DNA from: Hypanus sabinus
Taxonomy: Eukaryota
DNA: 64,000 nt
NCBI RefSeq assembly: GCF_030144855.1
Contig: NC_082717.1
Coordinates: 101,308,001-101,372,000 of the forward strand
Reading direction: 5' to 3'
Part shown: one piece after another, positions 10,050 through 22,700 of the stretch
How positions within the stretch are numbered: the first letter of the stretch is position 1
Layout of the letters: each line of letters starts with the position of its first letter
Notes under the pieces: model-generated
Told to the model about the DNA's origin: nothing
What the model saw: the letters and a program-made list of their open reading frames with translations, nothing else
Databases searched by the model: none
Position numbers and translations under genes: made by a program

Positions 10050-10930
10050 TCGCCAGGATTGGGGAAGATATCACTCCCATACTAGCGATTCTACATTGGC
10101 TTTCTGTATCTTTTAAGATTGATCCTAAAATTCTCTTACTTGCTTTTAAAGCTCATAATTGCCTAGGGTACTGCAGAGAATCGTTTTCATTTTGTAATCC
10201 TGCTCGAGCTCTCCGGTCTTCTTCTGAATTTAAACAATCTCTCTCAAAGGATAATTGGCAGGTCAGCTTTTCTGAACGACACACCTAACTATAATGGGTG
10301 AAGACTCAGTTGACACTTTCAAACACCAGCTCAAAAACTTTTTATTCAACCTTGCTACTAAGCAAGTGGTCCTGCTGGAACTTACTGTCCCCTGGGAAAA
10401 CCGGATTGAAGAGGCCAACGAGCACAAGAGGGCTAAGTACACAGATCTTGTTGCAGAGTGCTGGGGCTGAGACCGGAGAGCTCGCTGTCAGCCAATCGAA
10501 GCTGGGCGCCGGGGCTTTGCTGGCCATTCATTACAGCCCACTCTTAAACTCCTCGGAGTAAAAGGACTGCAGTGCAGAAGAACATTCCGGAGGCTGCTGA
10601 AAAGGCCTCGCGGTGGCTGTGGATCCGGAGGGGGGAATCCGTGGATTAGTGAGCCACTTGGACGCAAGTCGGGGGCTGATCACCCCCGGCTGGGTCGCCC
10701 GGGCGAGGGTGTCTGATGGTTAAAGACCGGAAACATCCTACGACCCCGGGTTCATCACTGAAGACATGTCCAAGTAGCACCAGAAGGTGTATTTTACAAC
10801 AACTTAACTAACATTTTTCTGTCTTTCATCTTCATGTTCTTTTTATTTTTCATATTTGTAGTTTTCCTCACCATAAAGCACTTTGAACCACGTCATCTGT
10901 ATGAAAAGCGCTCTAGAAATAGTTATTAAA
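10050..10930 (+). mobile_element. L2-clade LINE 3' fragment interrupted by a HERO-type insert
   Basis: ITPILAILHWLSVSFKIDPKILLLAFKAHN (L2 ORF2 C-terminus); tail taaagcactttg...tgtatgaaaagcgct resumes after 10800. Confidence 0.75.
10357..10800 (+). mobile_element. HERO-clade (RLE-type) non-LTR retrotransposon, 3' end with UTR
   Basis: KQVVLLELTVPWENRIEEANEHKRAKYTDLVAEC..ARCQPIEAG.RGFAG..AEKASRWLWIRR = restriction-like endonuclease C-terminus; has a stop and a frameshift. Confidence 0.8.
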
Positions 10931-11717
10931 TTATCATATTTTTAAAAATCACTCCACGTAAAATCATGATTTTTCCTAAGCAACGCACACGAAGCGGGGG
11001 TTAGGTGGCTTCTATGGAAATGAATAACAGTTGATGTTTCTGGCTGAGACCCTTCATCAGGATGGGAAAGGAAGGCGGGAAAAGACGGAATAAGAAGGTG
11101 TGGGGGGGGGGGAGTGCAAGCTGGCAGGTGGAGCCAGCTGCTAGGCGAGAGGGGACAACGTAAGAAGCCGGGAGGTGATTAGTGTCCTTAAGATCACTCT
11201 GTGCCACGAATTTTGCTCATAGTATGGATGGATTCTGAGTTATTCTAATTTTGCTTTCTATTACTCAATGCAAACAAAGTGTCTGAGAGTGCTTGTCTTA
11301 ACCTAAACTGAACGGTTAACGGTCTTGGTCAAAAGTGCTTTTCTGGGAAGTGGGTTGCCAATTCTTATCAACATTAACTTTCAGTTTCTATCCATGAAAC
11401 TACCCTTGACAACAATGACAGTTTCTGGGTTTTGCACTTGGTCACAAGCCTTCAGATTTCCTAAATTGACATTGGTTTTTATTGCTGCAATACTTCCTTC
11501 TCCATTGAGAGCATGCCTGTCATATGATTAGCTAGCAATTTTAGAGATCCCCCATTTAGTTTTCACCACATTGTTCCTATAATCTGCAATTAATTTCTTG
11601 AAAATTGTCCAATGTAGGAATACAGAGGGAGAGAGCCCTTCACACACTGATCTTAACCACTTTCTTCCTCCTCCACCCCCACCCCCCGCCACCTTCTTCC
11701 ACCGTCTTCTCATCTTC

Positions 11718-11755
11718 CCGTCCTGATGAAGAGTCTCGGCCCGAAACATCGACTG
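11718..11755 (+). ncRNA. Minimal hammerhead ribozyme motif in Penelope pLTR (partly mutated)
   Basis: CCGUC-CUGAUGA-AGAGUCUCGGCCC-GAAAC-AUC-GACUG. Confidence 0.55.
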
Positions 11756-13715
11756 TACTCTTTCCCAGAGACGCTGCCTGTCCGGCTGGGTTCTTCCCGC
11801 TGGTTGCCTGCACCGCCTGGATTTCCAGCGTTTGAGCCACTTTCTTCTACGCTGCTGAAGATTTACCTTCTGCAGTTCTTTGTCTGATTTCAAAAAGGGT
11901 CTAGGCAGATTTGCCATTTCCAAAAGCTCCTGCAGGAGCTTACTGTGCCGGTCAGTCTGGCCGGTGGAAGAGGGTCTCTGCCACTTGTTCACCAGTCTAT
12001 GGAATCTCTGCCACACGGTACCCTTCTGCACCTGACCCACCCCATCATTCACTTCTCCTGCCCTGTTTATTTAATATTTGCAATTTCCAGTACTTTTATA
12101 CCTTTGCACAGTCCTGTTGTGTCAAAGCAACAGACATCACACCGGTGATAATAATTCTGATTCTGATCAACCTTTCTGCAAGTGATTTCATGGCTGTTGA
12201 AATTTCTTTTTATTTCAAATATACATTTCATTCAAAAAGAAAAATATTTAGTACAATCATTTACATTCCTATTCCCATGTCTGGGAAGCCATTACACAGT
12301 GTCGAGTGGCGGGAGAGCTCCTTCCTCACTGTGGCGGCCGCACAGAAACCTCATCACTTCCCTCAGCGTGGACGAGTCCAAGCCACAATTTTCCAGTCAG
12401 CAGCATCTGCCTGTGGACACATCATCCAATGGAAGGGCAAGAAATATTAGACAAACCAGAACACTCTCCCAGCAGCAGTCCAAGGTTGTGTCCGGACATG
12501 TTGCCATGTTGAGCTGAAAGCAGTGAAACAGATACTCAGAAATCTTGTTACGATGGTGATGATCAAACGACAATTATTTGTCTGTATGTCTGAATATTCC
12601 CCAGGGTCTAGTGCCAGGTCACCTAACAACACACAGAGAGTGCACCGTTCCTGCTCTGGCGTGCTCCAGAGGGTTTGAATCATCAGCCCTTAGCTCGGGC
12701 AAAGATGTGGCGTGTCACTAAAGACTCCTGCAGGTTTCTGTGCATGTACCCTGCAGGGAATTCTGACTGGATGCAACACAGCCTGTATGGAGGCACCAAT
12801 GCACAGACTGCCAGAAGCTGCAGAGATCTGCAGATTCAGCAGCTTCATCACAGGCACAGTCGTCCCCTCCACTCAGGACATCTTCAAGAAGGTAGCATCC
12901 ATCGCTCAGCTCCAGGGACTTGCCCTCCTCTTGTTACTACCACCGTGGAGGAGTACAGGAAGCTGAAGATCCACTTTCAGCAATTTAGGACAGCGTTTTC
13001 CTAATTACGCTCTCTTTCTTTTTGCACGTTTCTCTTTTGCTCTGCTTCCCCCGGATGTCCTTGATGGCTGGACGAGATGTACTGGTGATGGATGGGGCTG
13101 AGGGTATAGCTGTCTGCAGTAACTCGCTACCTTGTCATTGGAGTCTCCATACCAGGCCTGATGCAACCTGTCAAAATGCTCTCCATTGTTACCACCGGTG
13201 AGGGGGAGATTGCACCAAGCCCTGGAATTTTTCAGTGGGCTTGATCTATGTCTGCAGCAAACAACAAAAAAAAACACAAAATGACCACAATTGACCACAA
13301 TGGTACTGAGAGCACTTACTCACGGAACCCTGCAGGGCCTGTATGACAGTCTCTCCTCACCACCAAATGGCATTTTATTATCACCAAGACTCAAAAGGAT
13401 AAAATAAAAGCCCCCAGATTTTGTTTTGAGTAAACCGTCATGGGAAGCCGTCAATGTTGAACCGAACTTCACTGTGAATACAAAGTGAAAGATGAAAGTT
13501 CTCAATGTAATCTCAGATTTCTCAGCTAGCCCCTTATTATCTTTCATAACCGATCAGTTTGCTTGAAATGAACTTTGTATGCTGTGGGGGGGGGGGTTTA
13601 TTTATTCAGTAAGATGGCGTGGTTTCTGTTTATTCACCAGAAAACACTTATTAAAAATGTTATTGAGATACAGCTTGGAATAGGCCTTTGAGCTTTACTG
13701 CCCAGCAATCTCTGA

Positions 13716-13890
13716 TTCAGCCACTGCCTAATCACAGGACAATTTACAATGACCAGTGAACTTACCAACTGGTACGTCTTTGGACTGTGGGAGGAAACCC
13801 ATGCAGTGACAGGAAGGGTGTGCAGACTCCTTTCAGACAGCAACGGGAACTGAACCCTGTTGCTGGGACAGTGAAGAGTTGTGCTAGGAA
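13716..13890 (-). mobile_element. V-SINE/HE1-type tRNA-derived SINE
   Basis: Core gggtttcctcccacagtccaaagac; further copies ~34270-34465, 36450-36625, 36965-37170, 37255-37370, 37745-37900. Confidence 0.75.
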
Positions 13891-15233
13891 AACGACATGG
13901 TGATAATTCAGCCAGCGGGGGTACAGGAGTGCGACAGACTGGCTGTTTGAGTGGTGTCACAGCAGTAACCTTGCACTCATAAAACTGATTGCGGACTGCA
14001 GGAAGGAGAAGTCGAGGGAACACACACCAGTTCTCACTGAGGGATCAGTTTCATGTTCCTGGGTGCCACTATCCCTGAAGATCTGTCTTGAAGCAATTAT
14101 AAAGAAGGCAGCGTTTGAGGAGATTTGGTGTGTCACCCAAGACTCTGGCAAATTTCTACAACAGTATTGTGCAGGGAATTCTAACTGGTTTAATTGCTGT
14201 CTGGTAAAGGAGGGGCTAATGCACAAGATTGGAAAACACCACAGACGGTTGCAAACTCAGCCATCGGCGCTAGCTTCCCTGGCATCGAGGGCATCCTCAA
14301 AAAGCAATGCCTCAAAAAGATGACATCCATCATTAAGGATCCCCACCACCCAAGATATGCCCTCTTCTCATTATTTCCACCAGGGAGGAGGTACAGAGGC
14401 CTGAAGACACACACTCAATGCTTTAGGATCATCTTCTTCGCCTCCCTCATCAGATTTCTGAATGGTCCATAAAAGCATATGCGTTTAAAGCACATCCTTA
14501 CTATGTCCATATAAGCACATCCTTACTACTGTTGGGGGCCTGTAGACAACTCCCATCAAGGTCTCTTTACCCTTGCAGTTCTGTAGCTCTATTCAAACAA
14601 CATTTCTACTGTAATTTATAGTATATATTTAGCACTGTATTGCAGCCAGAAGACAACAAATTTCACAACATATATCTGATAAAAAAAAACCTGTTTTTGA
14701 TTCTGAAATACCCTGCAGAGAAGCAGTTAGATCTCAACAAACAAAGTATGTAAACTCCAGATTGACTAATGGGAAATAATTAGTGAAAACAAGATTTACA
14801 AGAAGAGGCTGCTTGATTTGTTAATCTTACTTGGCAGTCCCCAAATTTGTATTCATTTTGTTCCTTGAAAATGATGTCATGATTAGTCACTGGTCATCTT
14901 ATCAGGAGTGACCTTTCTTGTTAATAGTGGATTGACTAACTTGTGTAGCGGTGCACATGACTTTACACACACACACACACATAATGAAACATGCTTCTTA
15001 GCAATATGAACCAAACAACATGGACTAAGTTCTAATGTGATTTTCAGTTCTCTGATGTACTTTCTCTTGCCCATTCACACCTCCGTTAAGGAGGAAGGCA
15101 GGCAGGCTTCTGACTCATTCAACTTGTCAGTTTTCAAGCACTTAAGGATTTTGCTAGTATCCTGGTTTGTAGCTATTCAGGTATCTTCTATAGTTAGATG
15201 TGTGCAGTACCTTATGAAAGTGTTTTTGTTTTA

Positions 15234-15420
15234 ATTGCTCCCCGCTCCTTGTGGTACAACAGTCGGCAGCCTTGCTGTTTTGTTTAGCATTTTGTCCGTG
15301 TTCTCACGAGGCCGAGTTCCTACCTCGACACTCAACCCCGCACGGATGGAAGGCAGGCAAGGAGCCGGCCGGATTCGAACCCTCGAAGTCTGGTGCAGAT
15401 GCCACCACACACCGGCTGGC
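15234..15420 (-). mobile_element. tRNA-derived SINE (second family)
   Basis: Head gccagccggtg...tggcatctgcaccagacttcgag with B box GGTTCGAATCC. Confidence 0.55.
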
Positions 15421-17344
15421 GTTAAGTAAGTGTCTTAGACACTTTTTCAGAACACAATCAGAGATTTGGTGGAAGAGACCAGACAACATATTTCCATATT
15501 TGCTGATGATACTAAACTGTGTGGGAACATAAGTAATGGCAAGCTTAAGTGAAGGAGCATGAACAAGTATTGTGAAAAACTATGACATCAATGTTCAAAG
15601 TAAATTTATTATCAAAATACATATACGTCACCACATACAACCTCAAGATCTATTTTCATGTGGGCATACTCAATAAGCCCATAACAGTTGAAGGTTACTA
15701 GTTGGGTACATGAGTCTGAATCTCACCACATAGGTGGAGAATACAAATTAAATTAATAAATAAATCTGAAATTTTAACAATTCGGCAGTCTTCACAATGG
15801 TCACGACTAGACTATGTGATGATAGAGGGCATTGATCGTGTGGATAGGCAGAGGCTTTTGCTCAGGGCTGAAATGACTAGCATGTGAGGGGGCAGGTTTC
15901 AGGTGCTGGGGAGTAGGTACAGATGAGGTGACAGGGGTAAGATTTTTCGCAGAGAGTGATGAGTGTGTGGAATGGGCTGCCAACAACGGTGACAGTGGCA
16001 GATACAATAGGGTCTTTTAAGAGACTCCTGGACAGGTACATGGAGCTTAGAAAAACAGAGGGCTGTGGGTAAACCTAGGTAATTTCTAAAGTAAGTACAT
16101 GTCTGGCACAGCTTTGTGGACCGAAGGGCCTGTATTGTGCTGTAGGTTTTCTATGTTTCTATGAATAATAACCATAATAGAAGCAATGACAGACTGCACC
16201 AACCGGGCATTCAGCCAATGTGCAAAAGATAAGAAATGGTGCAAATACAAAAGGAAAGAAATAATAATGTTTAACATGAAAGCAATAAACATCAAGAACA
16301 TGAGATGAAGAGAAAGTCAGTCTATTAGTTGTGCAAACATTTCAATGATGAGGCAAGTGAAGTTGAGTGAAGTTACCCGTTTGGTTCAATGGTTAAAGAG
16401 TAATAACGGTTCCTGAACCTGGAATGCTGTCGCAGGAAAGCAGCATCCATCATCAGGGATCCCCACCATCCAGGCCATGCTCTTTTCTTGCTGCTGCCTT
16501 CAACCACTTTGGTGCAGAAAACAGAAGAGCAGCACATATGTTAAAAGGGAACTGGCTGTGCGAGTACCAAGCTGCTGGGTGATGACACACAGGGGGCTGC
16601 TAGTAAGGTCAATAATATTGTCCAGGGGCTTGATGAGACTGGACTTGAATTGAGCAGAGCTTTGCTTTCCTTACTTAAGGAATGATGGACTTGCCATAGA
16701 GGGAGTGTGGTGAAGATTCACCAGATTGGTTCCAGAGATGGGAGGCTTGAGAAGACAAGACTGGAGCTTAGGAGGGTGAAAAAGATCTGAGTGAAAGTTG
16801 TTATACAGCGTGACAGACAGGTGGCAGGGAGGACATTTCCTCCAGCTGAGCAGTCTGGGACCAAGGGTGTCAGTCTCACAATAAGGCATAATATGTTATT
16901 CACTGAAGGTGAAGTTTCCCTGGATCTATGGAATCCTCTGCACTGTGGAGATGTGGAAGTTTATTTTCCATTGAAAACGGAGGTTGGTTGAGTTCTGAAT
17001 TTGCAGAGAATCAAGGCAGTGGAGGTTGTGCAAAAAGGAAGAGCTGAGCTTGGAGATTAACCATGAACGCTGGAGCAGTCGTGAGGCTCCATTTCCCTTG
17101 AGCCGTCTTCAGCAATATGATGGCTTCAAAGCCGGGTCTTGTGCTGCCACCTCTTCAATCACAGCTGTGGGAACCAATTCGCTTCTAAATACAATCAGAA
17201 TGTGCAAGTACGCATATTCAGTGAGTCGCTACGTGGCAAAGTGGAGAGCACGCTAGCTTGTGCTTTGCCTGTGCCCAGCAGAGGCCTGGAGTCGTTGGGC
17301 AGCGCGAGTGTTGGTCCTCATGAACTGCTGACTCATGTTAGCCC

Positions 17345-17848
17345 GTCAGGAAGAGTGATGGTCCTCGTGTCAGGAAGTGTGATGGTCGTCGTGTCAGGAA
17401 GAGTGATGTTCCTCGTGTCAGGAAGAGTGATGGTCGTCGTGTCAAGAAGAGTGATGGTCCTCGTGTCAAGAAGAGTGATGGTCGTCGTGTCAGGAAGTGT
17501 GATGGTCGTCGTGTCAGGAAGAGTGATGTTCCTCGTGTCAGGAAGAGTGATGGTCCTCGTGTCAGGAAGTGTGATGGTCGTCGTGTCAGGAAGAGTGATG
17601 GTCCTCATGTCAGGAAGAGTGATGGTCGTCGTGTCAAGAAGAGTGATGGTCCTCGTGTCAAGAAGAGTGATGGTCGTCGTGTCAGGAAGAGTGATGGTCG
17701 TCGTGTCAGGAAGAGTGATGGTCCTCGTGTCAGGAAGTGTGATGGTCGTCGTGTCAGGAAGAGTGATGGTCCTCGTGTCAGGAAGAGTGATGGTCCTCGT
17801 GTCAGGAAGAGTGATGGTCCTCGTGTCAGGAAGAGTGATGGTCCTCAT
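17345..17848. repeat. 24-bp minisatellite, 21 copies (GTCAGGAAGAGTGATGGTCCTCGT)
   Basis: Direct sequence; a few recurrent single-base variants. Confidence 0.97.
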
Positions 17849-18554
17849 GAACTGTTGACTCAGTGCTAGAGGAAGCACAGTGGTGCATCTGCCACACTGC
17901 TGCGTGTTAGTCATGTACAGAATGGAGAAGATGGAGCCCAAAGTTGACGTCCTTCAGGCAGTTAACGAAACTTCTCCTCTCGCTTCTGTTACTTCTTTCA
18001 AATGTGATTCTGCTGCTATTGGAACCTGGGATTTACATTTTGATGGTGGGTTGGGCGATCTGGAGCTTTCCTGACTCCGAGGGTGTTCGGTGAGGTTTTG
18101 AGCGAAGTGCGCGGCCTGGAGGCCAAGAAGCCTCATGATGGGGCGCGAGCCCATGATTGATTTAATTTCTCACTGATCTCGTCCATTAAGACATTGAGAA
18201 AGATTGAACTCAACAAGGACAAAAGCAGGAGGCGAATGGGTGTCTGCCTGAGCTTGACTGGTTTCTCACTCACAGCTCCCGGAGGAAGGTGCCCGCGTCT
18301 GACCCTCTCGCTCGACGCTGCCGAAGGATGGTGCTGGAGTCCTGGGTCTTGGGCAGGGTTGGATGGATGTGGTTTGTGGATGGGACTCTGCGGTTCATGT
18401 TATGACGTGTTTGACTTCTCTTTTATTGCTATTTTGTGCGATTTTGAGCAGGGCAGACTGGCTCTGCAGCCAGCAGCCAACGAATGACACAGCGCTAAAC
18501 TGGTCTGAACTGAATATTCCTAGATTGGGTCAATGACTGTGATTTGATGTTTTA

Positions 18555-19240
18555 TAAGACCACAAGACCATAGGATATAGGAGCAGAATTAGCCCATTTA
18601 GCCCATTGAGCCTCCCATTTCATCATGGCTGATCCAATTTTCCTCTCAGACCCAATCACTTGCCTTCTCCCCGTATCCCTTCATCTCTGGCCAATCAAGA
18701 ATTTATCGACCTCTACCTTAAATATACATAAAGACTTGACCTAGACAGCTGCCACAAGGAATTCCACAGATTCACCACTCTCTGGCTGAAGAAATTCCTC
18801 CTTATCTCCATTCTAAAAGGACGCCCTTCCATTCTGAGGCTGTGTCCTCTGGCCTTAGACTCTCCACATCCACTCTATCAAGGCCTTTCATCATTCGATA
18901 GGCTTCAATGGGATCACCCCTCATACTTCTGAATTCCAGTGAGTACAGGCCCAGAGCCATCAAACGCTGTTCATATGACGAGCCAGTTAATCCTGGAATC
19001 ATTTTTGTGAACCTCCTTTGAACCCTCTCCCACATCAGCACATCCCTTCTAAGGTAAGGGGTCCAAAACTGCTCACAATACTCAGAGTGAGGCCTCATCA
19101 ATGCTTTATAAAGTCTCAACATGACATCCTTGCTTTTATTTTCTCGCCCTCTTGAAATGAATGCAAACATTGCATTTGCCTTCCCCACCACTGACTCAAC
19201 CTGCAAATTGACCTTTAGAGAACCTCTCAAGTCCCTTAGG
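18555..19240 (-). mobile_element. CR1 LINE 3' fragment nested in a non-autonomous element (~17950-19410)
   Basis: KANAMFAFISRG..LYKALMRPHSEYCEQFW.PYL; CR1 3' tail. Confidence 0.9.
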
Positions 19241-20254
19241 GCTCACTTTCTCACACAGTTTGAGTTTCTTGCTTGTTTTTCACTGCTTGCGTAATTTGTT
19301 CTTTTTGCTTGGAACGGGTTCCATGGTGTGTCGTGGCTGTCTGTGGGAAGATGAATCTCAGGGTTGTACACTGCATTATATACTTTGATAATAAGTGTAC
19401 TTTGAACAGGTAACCATGCGCCAAGGGCCATCTCCCGGCCTACCCAAACCGTTGGACGAGTGACATGGCGCAGTAACAAGTGCTTCAGCTCGCGTTTTCA
19501 CACCAACCATCACCCACCCGTCTTCATTAAACACGCACAATCCTATTTTTTAATCTGCTCTCCACATTCCAACATTTCCATTCCATGAGTAAAACTCTGC
19601 AGAACATCTGGAGTTGTGGACTGCAGGAGGGGTGAGAGAGATAGAGAGCGGTAATTGGAATGGCAGGATGGAGTAATTGCATGGGCTGGCTTTACCCTCA
19701 CTCAGATGTAGGAGGCTGAGGAGTGTCCTCATAGAGGGTTAGACAATGATGAGATGTTGGTGTGGTATCTGACCAGAGCACATAGGAGCAGAATTCGGCC
19801 ATTCAGCCCATAAGTTTGCTCCGCCATTTGATCATGACTAATCCATTCCCCTCTCTGCTCCATTCTGCTGCCTTCTCCACGTAACATTCACACCCTGACA
19901 CATCAAAAATCTATCAGCCTTCACCTTCAGTAAAATCAGTGGCTCGGCCTTCACAGCCTCGTGTGGCAACAGATTCCACAGATCCACCACTTCTGGCTAA
20001 AGAAATTCTTCCTCATCTCTCTCTAAATAGGAGTACCTCCATTCTGAGGCTGTGCCCCCGGTCTCAGACACCCCCACTACATTCAATAGGTTTCAGTCAG
20101 ATTGCTCCCTCATTCTTCTGAGCTCCGGCGAGTGCAGGCACTGGCTCAACCCAGAGGTAACACAGTGGAATGGCTGGGCCCTCCATTGTCCCGCAGCAAG
20201 TGCAGATCTGTAGAATTCTGTAGCGTCTTCCACACAATGGCAGGAAGAAAAATG

Positions 20255-21030
20255 GTGTGTGTGTGCGTGTGTGTCCGTGTGTGTGTGTGTGTGTGTGTAT
20301 CTGAGAGTGTGTGTGTGTGTATCTGAGTGAGAGTNNNNNNNNNNNNNNNNNNNNNNNNNNNNNNNNNNNNNNNNNNNNNNNNNNNNNNNNNNNNNNNNNN
20401 NNNNNNNNNNNNNNNNNNNNNNNNNNNNNNNNNNNNNNNNNNNNNNNNNNNNNNNNNNNNNNNNNNNNNNNNNNNNNNNNNNNNNNNNNNNNNNNNNNNN
20501 NNNNNNNNNNNNNNNNNNNNNNNNNNNNNNNNNNNNNNNNNNNNNNNNNNNNNNNNNNNNNNNNNNNNNNNNNNNNNNNNNNNNNNNNNNNNNNNNNNNN
20601 NNNNNNNNNNNNNNNNNNNNNNNNNNNNNNNNNNNNNNNNNNNNNNNNNNNNNNNNNNNNNNNNNNNNNNNNNNNNNNNNNNGTNNNNNNNNNNNNNNNN
20701 NNNNNNNNNNNNNNNNNNNNNNNNNNNNNNNNNNNNNNNNNNNNNNNNNNNNNNNNNNNNNNNNNNNNNNNNNNNNNNNNNNNNNNNNNNNNNNNNNNNN
20801 NNNNNNNNNNNNNNNNNNNNNNNNNNNNNNNNNNNNNNNNNNNNNNNNNNNNNNNNNNNNNNNNNNNNNNNNNNNNNNNNNNNNNNNNNNNNNNNNNNNN
20901 NNNNNNNNNNNNNNNNNNNNNNNNNNNNNNNNNAGAGTGTGTGTGTGTGTATCTGAGTGAGTGAGTGTGTGTGTGTGTATCTGAGTGAGAGTGTGTGTGT
21001 GTGTATCTGAGTGAGTGAGTGAGTGTGTGT
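20255..21030. repeat. GT-rich compound repeat spanning an assembly gap (N 20335-20933)
   Basis: (gt)n-atctgagtga units on both sides of the gap. Confidence 0.95.
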
Positions 21031-22214
21031 TCCCATGTCTGCCTGCTGACTGGGGCTGTCTAATAAAGGAGATCTGAGTCTTTATTCTGGACTTTGTGCA
21101 GAGTGCAGCAAACAACGTGGGCACAGTTCAGTGTCTGGTGGCCTTTCCACCTGGTCATATACTACTGGAGCCAGGAGGTTTAAAGCTCCATTAACTCTCC
21201 TGAAATCACAAGCTAGCCCTGGAACACACCCTGCCTTTGTAATGGTGAGGCTTGGAGCATTCCTTACTCCGGCAGCTGGATACTGCATAGCCCCAGATCT
21301 TCCCTACCCACATCAGGCCTCTCTGTGCAGCAGGTAAGGGGCGAGTTCTCTCCATTTTGCCTGATTGCCTTACTCCATTCAGGTCTCCAGGAGTGAAAGG
21401 GGCACTGTAACAATGAGAGCTGTGCGTGTGACCACTGCGAATAGAGACAAAAGCAAGCTGATCGGTCAGGGTGCACGGCAGGGCAGTGCAGTTAGGCCTC
21501 CCTGCGACCCCCGTACTGAACACACTCTTAGCGTGGTGTCATGTGGAGGAAGTGGTGACAGAGACAGAGATACGAGGCCCTGTGGCACCCAGTGGTGGAG
21601 GTTTGAGTGGGTTCCCAATGATCTGATGATGATTGTTATAAGCATGGACACATTCCAGCCACACCAATACCAATGAGAGAGAGCCCAATCCACGATCGCT
21701 GGGTTCAATGGTCGTCCATGCTCGCCAGATGCTCATCTGGCATAGCTGGGCAGGTCAGGAAGTTGCCGCATGGTTTGTCTGTAGGAACTGCATAATAATC
21801 CTGCGGCGATGAGGTCAGCTCATGAGAGGGTTGGCCTGTTAGAGACAGAGCTGGAAATTGTTCATAACTAGAGATGTGTGCTTAAGGTGTGTCGGAGATG
21901 AGGGGGAAAACGAGAATGGGAGGCACCAGATTCTTCAGCAGGGCTCGGTGAGGTCCACGTCTCCAGAACCAAGCAGTTAGCTCGATTGTCATCTTGAACA
22001 AGCCTCCCATCTACACTCCGCAAACATCATTGCCCTGCCAAGACCCCTCTGAGCACGTGGAAAACCCAAACCCTTATCTAGACAGTAATCCAGGGTGTTC
22101 ACTCTGACGGAAATATCTCCATAGCTCATACTTGCCACAGGGTCGAACTCTTTAAACTCCCTTCCTTCTTCACTACTGTTCACAGATTCAACTCAGCATT
22201 TCATAACTTTACTT

Positions 22215-22700
22215 TCATAAGACCATAAGCCATAGGAGGAGAATAAGCCATTCAGCCCTTTGAATCTGCTCTACCATACTGTTATGGCTGATTTATTATC
22301 TTCTCAACCCCATCCTCCTGCCTTCTCTCCATAACTAATCAAAAACCTAGCAAACTCTGCTTTAAATATACCCAATGACTTGACCTCTCCACCTGTCTGT
22401 GGCAATGAAGTCCACAGATTCACTACCCTCTGGCTGAAGATATTCCTCCTCATCTCTGCTCCAGAGGGACATCCTCTATTCCGAGGCTGTGCCCTCTGGT
22501 CCTGGACTCCCCAACTATATGAAACATCCTCTCTGTATAAGCCTTTCAATATTCCATAGGTTTCAATGTGATCCCTCATCATTCTTCCAAACTTCAGTGA
22601 ATACAGACCCAAAGCCATCCTCATATATTAACCCTTTCAACCCCAGAATAATTCTCGTGAACCTCCTCAGGACCCTCTCCAAACCCATGAACCCTTGTGA
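22215..22700 (-). mobile_element. CR1 LINE 3' fragment
   Basis: LGLYSL...EMRRNIFSQRVVNLW.SLP. Confidence 0.88.

Noticed and set aside
11528-12450. 174-aa and 179-aa ORFs
   Set aside because: Partly Penelope pLTR and low-complexity sequence; no domain recognised
17139-17941. 239-aa (+) and 202-aa (-) repetitive ORFs
   Set aside because: By-product of a stop-free 24-bp repeat; no recognisable domain or splice support
20093-21124. Long ORFs across the N-run, and the lone 'gt' at 20682-20683
   Set aside because: Assembly gap and microsatellite artefacts
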